From: Syntrophales bacterium
Lineage (GTDB): Bacteria > Desulfobacterota > Syntrophia > Syntrophales > UBA2210
Assembly (NCBI GenBank): GCA_963666365.2
Contig: CAXXNF010000002.1
Location: 2,208,001 to 2,272,000 of the forward strand
Direction: 5' to 3'
Length of the DNA: 64,000 bases
The translations under genes and the position numbers were made by a program. How positions within the stretch are numbered: position 1 is the stretch's first letter; every line of letters starts with the position of its first letter. Below, one piece after another: positions 17,140 through 27,348 of this stretch. Below the pieces are notes generated by a model. That model was not told the origin of the DNA. It searched no databases and saw only the letters and a list, made by a program, of their open reading frames with translations.

Positions 17140-19929
17140 TTGAAACAGCCCGGACATAATCCTTCAAGACATTTTTTCAAGACGCTCCAAACATCTCCGA
17201 AGGCGCTGAGCCGATGCTCGTTTTTGGTCTTCGGTCTGCTATTCTTTTTGGTCTATGTAGGTCAGGCCCATGCCGTCGAGAGCGCAGGAAACGTTACCTT
17301 CACCACGAATCAGGCCCTGGGGCAAAACGGCGATTATCCCTTTGCCGGCATTTACATATTCGACAACCTGACAATTGGGGATAATGTCGAAATCACGAGT
17401 ACGGGAATCTCTCAGCTTGTTATTAAGGTGAATGGCAGACTCACCTTTGGCAGAAATGCTGTTATTCGTGTGCGGAACGGATACTATCCTGAGGCACCGG
17501 TAAATCTGATCACTAATTTAAACGTCACCAGTTTGACAACAAAAGGCGTTTTGACACCTGAAGGTGCGAGGGTCTATGTCAACATGTTTGGTAAAGGTGG
17601 AAATGGAGGAGATAATATAGACGCACCTAACTGTGGTGGTGGTGGGGGAGGGTTCGGTGGAGGAATTGGCGGTTTATATCAAGGTTTAACGCGCGCCCAA
17701 TCGATTGGGGCTGGCGAAGATAATGGCGGGGGTGGCGGTTATTTATATCATAATTACGGCGGAACTGGAGGTGGCTCCATCGATCTTGCGGGACCGGCAG
17801 GATATAAATCCACGCCTGACAGTAAATACTACGGAGGTGGTGGTGGAAATGGCGGAGATTCTGCTAAACATATTGAGCAAGATGGTCGTATTTCTTATTT
17901 AGCTTGTGGCGGCGGTGGTTACGGGGGTGGCGTTCTCACCATTATTGCAAATACAATACTAATTGTGGATTCTTCGGCCCCTCCCAAAATTCTTGTTTCC
18001 GGTCAAAAAGCCGGCGTGGAGGCTAAGGCTCTTCCACATGTCCTGACTCCTGCTGAGAACGGTCAAGGTGGACTTTTAATCATTCAGAACGCTGGATGGA
18101 ATTATCCTGACGGTCGATCTGTGAAACAAGCATGGCAGCATCTTTGGAACCTCAATGCCGATACCTATGGAGAGCATATTTGGCCATCAACAAATGGTGG
18201 GCATGGGATTGTAACCGGTAACCCCCAGAAGGTGTTCGTCAATGGGATGGAAATTCCCTATGTCGAGGTTACTGGTATTCTTTTGGATAAAACGGAACTC
18301 AATTTGACTGCGGGAGGTGACCCGGGAACACTTATCCATACCTTAAGTCCACTTGATGCCACAGTGCAAGAAGTAATATGGTCCATCGATAAACCTGAGG
18401 TGGCAAGCATTACTGAAGTAGATGGGTTAGCCTACAAGATTATAGAACCCCTTTCAGATGGCACTGCCACTGTAACAGTTACATCTATTGATGGCACCTA
18501 TTCGGCAAAGGCGATGGTGTATGTCGGCACCGTGGCCAAACCGACTTTCAGTATTGCCGAAGGAACATACGACAGCGTTCAAACTGTGAACATCACGTCA
18601 TCCACAGCAGATGCTTCAATCCGTTACACCATTGACGGGAGCGACCCTTCACCGACTGTGGGTACTGAGCTTACAAATGGCTCTGGCGTGATCATCGCAA
18701 GCACGCAAACCCTCAAGGCAATCGCTTACAACTCTGAATTGTTAGACTCGGATATTGCATCTGCAAGCTACACCATCAATGGGTCATTAATAGTCAACAT
18801 CGGCCCCTCAGGTCTTGTTCCCACGGCCAGATGGCGTGTTGATGGTGGTGCCTGGCAAACGACAGGTTCCGTTGTTGTCGGTTTGTCTGCAGGAAACCAT
18901 GTCGTGGATTACCTGGATATTGAAGGCGGCTGGTACAAACCTGCTATCAAAACGATTTTGATCGCAAGTGGTGAGTTGTTGACCATCGCCGGAAAATACA
19001 GCATGACCCCCCCCACAAGTTCACTGACGGTATCGATAGCCCCTCCAGAAGTTGTGACGGCAGGGGCCAAGTGGCGAGTGAGTGGCGAGGGTTGGAATGA
19101 TAGCGGCATCACACTTGAGGGATTGAGCATTGGGACAAAAGTAGTAGAATTCAGTGATGTCCATGGTTGGACAAAACCTAACAATCAAGAGGTCATTATT
19201 CTTCAAGATGAACTGACAGCAGCTACAGGTGCATATACTGCGATTACGTATACGCAGGTGCAGCTAGATCAGGCGGTAAGTGAAGCGGTCCTCGACGCGA
19301 ACGCCGCCAAGGATCAAATTATTGCACAAAAGGATCAAAGTATAGCGACGTTGACTGCTACGATTACCGATAAAAATCAGACGATCACAAACCTTAATGA
19401 CACGATAACCGTCAAAAATCAAATTATAGCCTCCATGTTTACCCAAGCACAACTGGATACTGCCGTGGCCAATGCTGTTGCACCAAAGGACCAGCTCATA
19501 GCACAAAAAGATCAGGAGATAGCAACGTTAAATCAAGAGATTACAACCATGTTTACCCAAGCACAACTGGATACTGCCGTGGCCAATGCTGTTGCACCAA
19601 AGGACCAGCTCATAGCACAAAAAGATCAGGAGATAGCAACGTTAAATCAAGAGATTACAACCATGTTTACCCAAGCACAACTGGATACTGCCGTGGCCAA
19701 TGCTGTTGCACCAAAGGACCAGCTCATAGCACAAAAAGATCAGGAGATAGCAACGTTAAATCAAGAGATTACAACCATGTTTACCCAAGCACAACTGGAT
19801 ACTGCCGTGGCCAATGCTGTCTTGGAAGCAGTGGCATTGGAACGTCTAAAATGGGATGTTGGGGATGATCAGAGAATCGGCCTGGAGGAGGCAATCCGCG
19901 CTTTACAGGTCCTGTCGGGGGAGCGGTAG
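17140..19929 (+). CDS. Large secreted surface protein: Gly-rich head, Ig-like and Fn3/CHB-associated domains, 38-aa stalk repeats, single dockerin-like C-terminal motif
   Basis: TTG start after AGGAGGTG; signal ending QAHA; GGGGG-rich region; VTGILLDKTELNL and VAKPTFS..IRYTIDGSDPS domains; C-terminus WDVGDDQRIGLEEAIRALQVLSG. Confidence 0.82.
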   Translation: MKQPGHNPSRHFFKTLQTSPKALSRCSFLVFGLLFFLVYVGQAHAVESAGNVTFTTNQALGQNGDYPFAGIYIFDNLTIGDNVEITSTGISQLVIKVNGRLTFGRNAVIRVRNGYYPEAPVNLITNLNVTSLTTKGVLTPEGARVYVNMFGKGGNGGDNIDAPNCGGGGGGFGGGIGGLYQGLTRAQSIGAGEDNGGGGGYLYHNYGGTGGGSIDLAGPAGYKSTPDSKYYGGGGGNGGDSAKHIEQDGRISYLACGGGGYGGGVLTIIANTILIVDSSAPPKILVSGQKAGVEAKALPHVLTPAENGQGGLLIIQNAGWNYPDGRSVKQAWQHLWNLNADTYGEHIWPSTNGGHGIVTGNPQKVFVNGMEIPYVEVTGILLDKTELNLTAGGDPGTLIHTLSPLDATVQEVIWSIDKPEVASITEVDGLAYKIIEPLSDGTATVTVTSIDGTYSAKAMVYVGTVAKPTFSIAEGTYDSVQTVNITSSTADASIRYTIDGSDPSPTVGTELTNGSGVIIASTQTLKAIAYNSELLDSDIASASYTINGSLIVNIGPSGLVPTARWRVDGGAWQTTGSVVVGLSAGNHVVDYLDIEGGWYKPAIKTILIASGELLTIAGKYSMTPPTSSLTVSIAPPEVVTAGAKWRVSGEGWNDSGITLEGLSIGTKVVEFSDVHGWTKPNNQEVIILQDELTAATGAYTAITYTQVQLDQAVSEAVLDANAAKDQIIAQKDQSIATLTATITDKNQTITNLNDTITVKNQIIASMFTQAQLDTAVANAVAPKDQLIAQKDQEIATLNQEITTMFTQAQLDTAVANAVAPKDQLIAQKDQEIATLNQEITTMFTQAQLDTAVANAVAPKDQLIAQKDQEIATLNQEITTMFTQAQLDTAVANAVLEAVALERLKWDVGDDQRIGLEEAIRALQVLSGER
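19435..19820 (+). repeat. Perfect 114-bp coding tandem repeat (3 copies plus a partial)
   Basis: Unit starts at 19435, 19549, 19663 and 19777; encodes MFTQAQLDTAVANAVAPKDQLIAQKDQEIATLNQEITT. Confidence 0.95.
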
Positions 19930-20230
19930 CCTGAGGCGGCATTCGCCATTCGGTGCGGTACCCATCCATTGGCGACATCGCATTGAATCAGTGTTCTCAT
20001 TCCGATTTGATGCGTTCCGTTGCCATTGGGTTATGCGCAGAACATTATAACAAGTGATTAATCCGTAATAATTAACCCAATGATCTGGTGGGAGTTACCA
20101 TTGGTAGGTTTTTGTCAATGTTTCAGGCGATTGTACGCTCTTGAAATTTAAAATTCTGCATTTTATTAAAAACTTCCTGCTATCACTGCTGCCCCAGGGT
20201 TAATTTAAAGTAGGGCCATAAGAGGAAAAT

Positions 20231-20797
20231 ATGTCAGTCGACTTCTATTTCAATCCACATACTCATTCTATTCCATCAAGAGCTGGATTAAAGGCTCAGT
20301 GGAAGAAAATTCCCAATGCAGATGTTCTAGAAGCTATTGCAACAGAAGCTCAGTATCTTAATTTCCATCTCTTTATACTGAAGAGCGCAAAACATACTAG
20401 AGCTGATTGTCTCACATCAAAGCCGTATGAATATAAGCTAGGATTGTCTGTTCGAGCTGGCGCGATAAAGGCGGCATTGCTTCTCTGTGCTTCAATTGCT
20501 GAAGCAGCACTGCGAGCACATGCTGAGAAGAGGGGATACAAGCTAGCGAAGGATCCAAAGAAACGTATGTTTGGCAATGTGCTGAACGCTTGGAAATCAC
20601 AAGGAAGACCACGCCCGGATGTTGCTTCGATATGGGATGAACTAATTCGACTAAAGGATGTGAGAAATAACGTTCATCTTTTTAAGGCTGCCTTCGACCC
20701 AGACTCAAATTTTAGGCATGTCCTGAAAGAGGAAAGGGCATTGATTTCTGAGTTAACAACGGTGTTAAATCATCTGAAAGGCTTGGAGTCCAGATAG
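20231..20797 (+). CDS. Hypothetical protein, possible HEPN-like fold
   Basis: Helical; SIAEAAL upstream Glu motif and RNNVH downstream. Confidence 0.65.
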   Translation: MSVDFYFNPHTHSIPSRAGLKAQWKKIPNADVLEAIATEAQYLNFHLFILKSAKHTRADCLTSKPYEYKLGLSVRAGAIKAALLLCASIAEAALRAHAEKRGYKLAKDPKKRMFGNVLNAWKSQGRPRPDVASIWDELIRLKDVRNNVHLFKAAFDPDSNFRHVLKEERALISELTTVLNHLKGLESR

Positions 20798-21903
20798 TAT
20801 CACCTTAAGGGTCTCAGAAGCAATGTATTCGCCTTTACAATACTAAGTAGCTAATCCATTATGCTTTTATTCTTTCTAAAAAAATTATGTTCTATTGCGC
20901 TGAAAAGTTCGAAGTACAAAGGTATCTCGTCTCTGCTTTTTATACTCACTACCCCTCTTGGTTCTTTAAAACCCTCGTAATCAAGTCTGAATATTTGATG
21001 TTTCTTCAGTCCTTTTAAGTCATGAAGAGAAAAATCAACTTGCTGGAGCATTACAGGAATTGACGTTTTTTCCCCAATACGAAAGCCGGCAACTCTTTTT
21101 CAGTAATAAACTTTGATGCCAAAAAAGCCGAGATCGTTACGGAAAGCAATCTGCTATAATTGTTTCAATCTTAATCTTAACGCTTTCAGGAAGCGGTGAT
21201 TTCAATGGTATGTCAAGAAAGCGCAGGTTGTGTGTTTTCAAATTCACAAATTGTACAACAAATAAAGAATTAGTCCCGAGTCGAGGAACGAGAGCTCGAA
21301 ACTAATCCATGGTTGAAGAAGCCGCGCGCTATAAGGGAAAAGGTTCGATAATCCTGGGATGGTTTTGAAGAGTGGATCAGGTCAAGACCCGAGGAAGACA
21401 TTAAATGGAATCGCACAAACGATATTTACTCAAACATGGTGCTGTCTATTCAATCAATGGAATGGTACTGGGGAGAAGATACCAATTTCTGGCCTGAGTC
21501 ATTCTCTTCCATATTTCTGGGAAAGACATCGGAGATTGCAGCAAGGAAATTGCAAAAGCTTTTGAAGGAAATGGGAAGGGATGATGGTGGTGACGGAGAG
21601 TAGGAAAGAGGATAAAAGAATTTATAATGCATTATGAAATTATGGCAATATCTCTTTCAACAAGACTGGGGTCAATAGAAGCCATTCCCATTTCAGCCAC
21701 ATTATCTTCGGTAATTTAGCATTGAAGGGCAATAGCGCCATTAAGTCACTGTGATAAAATTGTGATAAACTCAACGGAAAAACATGGAACTGGATAGAAA
21801 CAATGGAATTAATAGAAAAGGTCATTAACTATTATTATTAATTGGTTACGGGAAACCAGACGTTATATCAAGGGGTTAAAAATTGCTGTTTTAAGTACTT
21901 TTT

Positions 21904-21972
21904 CGGACTTCAAATCCGGTGTGGGGGGCTAGTACCCTCCCAGGTGGGTTCGATTCCCATGCACTTCCGCCA
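21904..21972 (+). mobile_element. att site: 3' 69 nt of tRNA-Sec (selC) without its 5' half
   Basis: CGGACTTCAAATCCG (UCA anticodon arm), long variable arm, GGGTTCGATTCCC T-arm, ends CACTTCCGCCA. Upstream is AT-rich with no acceptor or D-arm 5' strand. Confidence 0.88.
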
Positions 21973-22007
21973 TTTATTATCCAACGCACTTCAAAGAGTA
22001 ACCGACC

Positions 22008-22400
22008 ATGGATTCCGGGCGACGGCAGGAATGTTTCTTCATGAAGTCTTGCACGTAAGCCCCTATGTCAATGAATCGCAGCTTGCCCATCGAGTTCCCG
22101 ACACCCTCGGTACCTTTGCATAATTCCCTTTTTTGTCATTCCGGGTTTGACCCGGAATCCAGAGCGTGCGTGAAAAAACTGGATACTTCGCGGACTTGAT
22201 CCGGGACCTGCCGGTATGACGAAATTGATGATTTTATGAGGTTGTGAGAAGGTCTCACCCTCGGTACAACCTACAATCGGACAACCCATCTTGAAGAGCG
22301 CCGGAAGGTGATGCAGACATGGGTGGATTATCTGGATGGATTGAAAGCCGGGGCAACGGTAACACCCTTCGAGGGGAAATTCCAGGGACAGTATACTTAA
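22008..22400 (+). pseudogene. C-terminal remnant of a P4-like tyrosine integrase, interrupted by an insertion
   Basis: HGFRATA..LHEVL..ESQLAHRVPDTLGT, resuming after the insert as TYNRTTHLEERRKVMQTWVDYLDGLKAG (HxxR, LAH, catalytic Y). Confidence 0.85.
22102..22267. mobile_element. Miniature (MITE/REP-like) insertion flanked by a 12-bp direct repeat
   Basis: CACCCTCGGTAC at 22102 and 22256 flanks 142 bp containing the GTCATTCCGG..GGAATCCAG...CTGGAT..CCGGTATGAC palindrome. Confidence 0.75.
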
Positions 22401-22455
22401 TTCAATATGCACCCTTTGTGAATACCCAATGATGCGAAATTAAGTATACTGTCCC
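22385..22455. repeat. 18-bp perfect inverted repeat element
   Basis: GGGACAGTATACTTAATT ... AATTAAGTATACTGTCCC. Confidence 0.85.
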
Positions 22456-22460
22456 CATAA

Positions 22461-23207
<747 letters not shown>

Positions 23208-23293
23208 ATCAACCTGCGGGAATGGTCGGAACAGAACAGGTGTGAACGGACATCGGGGCCATGCGGGGCCTCATCCTCGCACGTGCCCCTTTT

Positions 23294-23545
23294 CTATTTT
23301 TTGGGCAAGTACTTAACCCCGTCTATATTTTTGAAATCTGAACCCAACGTCCAGACAACGGTTTCATGCTCTCTTGCTGTTGCTAAAATAATACTTTCAT
23401 CCATTGGCAGGCTGTACTCCAAACTGAGTTTTGAAGCAGTAACGGCTAATGAGGATGTAAGATCGACGACCTTCCCTTTTTGCATTGCAGCAACAACCCG
23501 CAGGGCTTCGTTCTCGCTCGATTCACGGAGTGCGACCTTGAACAC
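23294..23545 (-). pseudogene. 5'-truncated PIN-domain (VapC) toxin
   Basis: SLEYSLPMDESIILATAR..VWTLGSDFK; N-terminal Asp strand missing and acidic residues degenerate. Confidence 0.65.
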
Positions 23546-23575
23546 TTATCCGGATTAACGGCAAGAATATGCGGT

Positions 23576-24210
23576 CACCTTGCGATCGTCAACGCCTCCA
23601 TGCTTCTCATCAGTTCATTGGCGATATTGCTGCTTTCCAGCCGCATGATACTTTATTTCGAATGACCGAAGCTCAAAAGATTTATACTTCCATACCAGAT
23701 AATTTTCCTGTCCAGGACTGCAAATTTTTGATGGATTTTTGATTGGTACACTATTTTTAATCCGGATGTTTGCAGCAAATGTAATGTCTCTTCCAGGGCG
23801 CGCCTTTCCGTAAAGTCTGATGCCGGCCTCGTTACGATTGTAACTTTGACATTCCGCTTCAACGCCGGGTGCATGATTTGCAGCATTTGCAGTGTTCGCC
23901 TCTTTGTTATGAAGGAACTTACAATTATGATCTCTCGTCCCGCCTTCATCACATCATTTTGATACACGGGAATAAAATTCCGATTGTCGAAGATAATGTC
24001 CGCAGACTCATCTGCAAAGTCTTCGGCTTTTGCCCTGTATCCGATCGATGCATAGCCGGAGAGCCTTCTGTTGTACATTTTCTCCAGCATTCTTAAATGG
24101 ATATCGACATAATCATAAATCCTGACTTCATGCTTTCCTCCGAACAGCCGATGGAGTCTGCCTGCATACTGCTTCAGGGTCCCTTTCCAGGATATGGGCA
24201 TTGCCAAAAA
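23576..24210 (-). pseudogene. C-terminal fragment of a superfamily 2 helicase fused to a PLD (HKD) domain, with a premature stop
   Basis: QYAGRLHR..IYDYVD helicase motif VI; HQKFAVLD..WYGSINLLSFG; in-frame TAA at 23653-23655 followed by SIMRLESSNIANEL. Confidence 0.75.
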
Positions 24211-24489
24211 CAGCCAATAATAATAGACGATTATGGTGCATATGAAGGGATGCGGTGCTTGCCTGCCACAGGGCCCTGGAGTTCCACGGCAAGGGCTATG
24301 CTGTCTGCGAGCCCTTCAGCTATCTTTCTGCTACGTCTGCGCGGTCCTCATCCACCGGCGCTGATCCGCCGACGCTTGACGCACAGTGTCTACTCCGATA
24401 AAATACGCCACTACCCGTGAGGATGGGACAGGTAAAAGTACAGACAAGGGAGAAGGTTCGTTGAGTATGCAACTTCGGTGCGTGATCCC

Positions 24490-26367
24490 ATGAATCGCGC
24501 ACGATCACTACTTAAAGACGTGTTTGGTTTTGAAACGTTCTGGCCCCTTCAGGAAAAGATAATCGGCCACCTTTTACAGAAAAAGGACGCCCTGGTGGTG
24601 ATGCCCACTGGAGGGGGAAAATCCCTCTGCTATCAGATTCCGGGCATGCTCTTTGATGGCCTGACGATCGTCGTATCCCCGCTCATCTCCCTGATGAAGG
24701 ATCAGGTCGATCAGCTTAAAGAGTGCGGCGTCCCTGCCCTTTTTCTTAACAGCACGTTGAGTCAGGCAGAATATCACGAAAACACGGCAAGGCTTCGTAA
24801 GGGACAGACACAACTGCTCTATCTGGCGCCGGAGGCTCTTCTGGCGCCGCGCACCATGGCCCTTTTGAAAGATCTCGTGGTGGAGTGTCTCGCCGTTGAT
24901 GAGGCACACTGCATCTCCCAGTGGGGACACGATTTTCGACCCGAGTACCGTCAACTTGGCGAGGTGCGTTCCATGTTTCCCGACGCCTGCTGCGTGGCAC
25001 TGACGGCAACAGCGACCGCGCGCGTACGTGAAGATATTTGCCACTGCCTGAGGATCGATGACCAGGATGTGTTTGTCGGCGCTTTCAACCGGCCGAATCT
25101 GTTTCTGGAGGTGGCGCCGAAGGAAAAACCCCTCGATCAGATTCTGAACATCCTGAAATCGTATCCCGGCGAATCAGGCATCATCTATTGCGCCACACGA
25201 CGACAGACGGAAGAGCTTCAGGTCTCGCTTGACCGGCACGGGTATGCGGTCCGACCCTACCATGCAGGACTCACGGAAGAGGAGCGCAGGGAAAACCAGG
25301 AACTCTTCCGTCGCGACGATGTGCACATCATCGTGGCGACCATCGCTTTCGGGATGGGCATACACAAGCCCAATGTCCGCTTCGTTATCCATTACGATTT
25401 GCCCGGAAGCATCGAGAACTACTACCAGGAAATCGGCCGCGCCGGTCGGGACGGACTTAAATCCCACTGTCTGCTGCTTTTCAGTTACGGGGATTTGCAC
25501 AAGATCCAGTACTTCATCGCTCAAAAGACGGAAGAGGAACAGCGGGTAGCCCAGATCCTGCTGAGCCAGCTTCTGGGGTTTGCCGAGACGGACCTCTGCC
25601 GCCGCGTTCCGCTGTTACACTATTTCGGCGAGACGGAAGTGGCTGAACGGTGCGGCATGTGCGACAACTGCCGCGATGGGAACAAAGGGAGCTCTCTGGT
25701 TGATTTGACCATCCCAGCCCAGATGTTTCTTTCCTGCGTGAAACGAACGGGCGAGATCTTCGGTGCGAACCATGTGATCGACGTCCTGAGAGGTTCGACC
25801 GCTCAGAAGGTTCTCAAATTCGGGCACGAGACGCTCTCCACCTACGGCATCGGCAAAGACTATACCGCACGTCAGTGGCGCCGCCTCTCTCGACAGTTGA
25901 TTCAGAAGGGCCTGTTGCTCTACCAGTATGAACATGGATCGCTCAAACTGACCCCGAAGGCCTGGGATATTCTGCGAGGGGAGGAACCTTTTCTCGGTAG
26001 ACTGAGTGATGAGGTGCAGGGCAAGGAACGGAGTGCCGCTCAGCGGGATCAGACAGACGAAATGGAAGTCTTTGATGCGGAATTGTTTGAGGCGCTTCGG
26101 AAGAAACGCAAAGCGCTTGCCGATGAGGCACACCTGCCCCCCTATGTCATCTTCCATGATCGGACCCTGCGGGAGATGGCCCGCTTTCATCCCTGCCGCA
26201 GGGAGGAAATCCTGGCACTCCACGGCGTCGGCCGGAGAAAAATGGAGAAATACGCCGATGCCTTTCTGGAAATTATCCTCCTGCACCGGCAAGCCCACCC
26301 AGACCCTGAACGTGAAAACCCGATCCTTGCAGCAAAGGCGCCTCTCCATCGATCCCGATTCTCATGA
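24490..26367 (+). CDS. recQ: ATP-dependent DNA helicase RecQ
   Basis: PTGGGKSLCYQ, DEAHCISQWGHDFRP, YYQEIGRAGRDG, Zn-binding RQC, HRDC domain. Confidence 0.97.
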   Translation: MNRARSLLKDVFGFETFWPLQEKIIGHLLQKKDALVVMPTGGGKSLCYQIPGMLFDGLTIVVSPLISLMKDQVDQLKECGVPALFLNSTLSQAEYHENTARLRKGQTQLLYLAPEALLAPRTMALLKDLVVECLAVDEAHCISQWGHDFRPEYRQLGEVRSMFPDACCVALTATATARVREDICHCLRIDDQDVFVGAFNRPNLFLEVAPKEKPLDQILNILKSYPGESGIIYCATRRQTEELQVSLDRHGYAVRPYHAGLTEEERRENQELFRRDDVHIIVATIAFGMGIHKPNVRFVIHYDLPGSIENYYQEIGRAGRDGLKSHCLLLFSYGDLHKIQYFIAQKTEEEQRVAQILLSQLLGFAETDLCRRVPLLHYFGETEVAERCGMCDNCRDGNKGSSLVDLTIPAQMFLSCVKRTGEIFGANHVIDVLRGSTAQKVLKFGHETLSTYGIGKDYTARQWRRLSRQLIQKGLLLYQYEHGSLKLTPKAWDILRGEEPFLGRLSDEVQGKERSAAQRDQTDEMEVFDAELFEALRKKRKALADEAHLPPYVIFHDRTLREMARFHPCRREEILALHGVGRRKMEKYADAFLEIILLHRQAHPDPERENPILAAKAPLHRSRFS

Positions 26368-26402
26368 AGCACGCGGCATGCGCCGCCTCGATTTTTCTGC
26401 AT

Positions 26403-27215
26403 TCAGCCCATATAGTCTTTCAGGGAACGTATGATATGAGAAGAAATCTCCTCAATCGACTGGCTGGTGGTGTTCAATACCGGAATGCCCAGTCGATTGA
26501 AGATCATACCGGCACGGCGCACATCATCCTCGCAACGCCGAAGCGAGGCATAGGTGCTCCCGGCCCAGCGTTCCTTTCGAATCAGATGGAGCCGCTGGGG
26601 ATCGATGGTCAGACCGTAGAGTTTATGGCGGCAGTTCCAGGCTATCTCGGGAACATCGCCTCGTGCAAAGTCCTCTTCGGTAAGAGGGTAGTTTGCCGCG
26701 TTCAGGCCGAAGTGCATGGCAAGATAAAGACAGGTGGGCGTCTTGCCGACCCGTGAGACTCCGATCAGCACCACATCCGCCCGCTGGAAGTTTTCCGGTT
26801 GGCTCCCATCATCGTTGACCATGGCGAAGTTAATGGCCTCGATCCGTTTCGTGTAGGAACGGCGCTTGGTAATCGCGTGGCTTAATCCTGCCTTGCGGTA
26901 CGGCCTAACCCCCAGTTCCGCCGCAAGAGGATCTATGAAACAGTCAAGGAGCTCGACGTAAAAGCAGTTCCCTCCTTGAAGGATGGTGCGTATCTCAGTG
27001 TTCATCATCGTGGCGAAACAGATCGGGCGCGCGCCATCCCGCTCAGCCGCCTCCTGCATTCTCTCGGTCAGGGCAGCCGCACGATCGGCAGTATTGATGA
27101 ACGGCATATAAACCTGTTCGAAATCTATGCTATCGAACTGGGAAATCAGGCTGTTCCCCAAGGCCTCTGCAGTGATGCCTGTGCTCTCAGAAACAAAATA
27201 GACGGTACGTTTCAT
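26403..27215 (-). CDS. ppsR: PEP synthase/pyruvate,water dikinase regulatory kinase-phosphorylase (DUF299)
   Basis: SESTGITAE, RIEAINFAMVNDDG, GVSRVGKTPTCLYLA. Confidence 0.9.
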   Translation of the reverse strand: MKRTVYFVSESTGITAEALGNSLISQFDSIDFEQVYMPFINTADRAAALTERMQEAAERDGARPICFATMMNTEIRTILQGGNCFYVELLDCFIDPLAAELGVRPYRKAGLSHAITKRRSYTKRIEAINFAMVNDDGSQPENFQRADVVLIGVSRVGKTPTCLYLAMHFGLNAANYPLTEEDFARGDVPEIAWNCRHKLYGLTIDPQRLHLIRKERWAGSTYASLRRCEDDVRRAGMIFNRLGIPVLNTTSQSIEEISSHIIRSLKDYMG

Positions 27216-27348
27216 AATACAACCCGCGTTGGTACAAGAGTTAACGGTTATTACAGGGGCGTAAAAATCTCCCTCCCCTAAATTCCCTCTCGCCATTTAT
27301 ACACATGACGTTTTGCGGCGCCGCTGTATAATGAGGGACGGCGACAAT

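Noticed and set aside
19435..19820. Tandem repeats near cas genes as a CRISPR array
   Set aside because: Contiguous in-frame 114-bp units with no spacers
21273..21302. GTCCCGAGTCGAGGAACGAGAGCTCGAAAC resembles a CRISPR repeat (GAAAC end, AT-rich upstream)
   Set aside because: Single copy with no spaced second repeat; it reads as part of a decayed coding frame (VEERELETNPWLKK)
21850..21972. Intact tRNA-Sec gene
   Set aside because: No 5' acceptor strand or D-arm pairs with the 3' end
23653..23655. In-frame stop as selenocysteine recoding
   Set aside because: The codon is TAA, not TGA, and lies in a truncated gene
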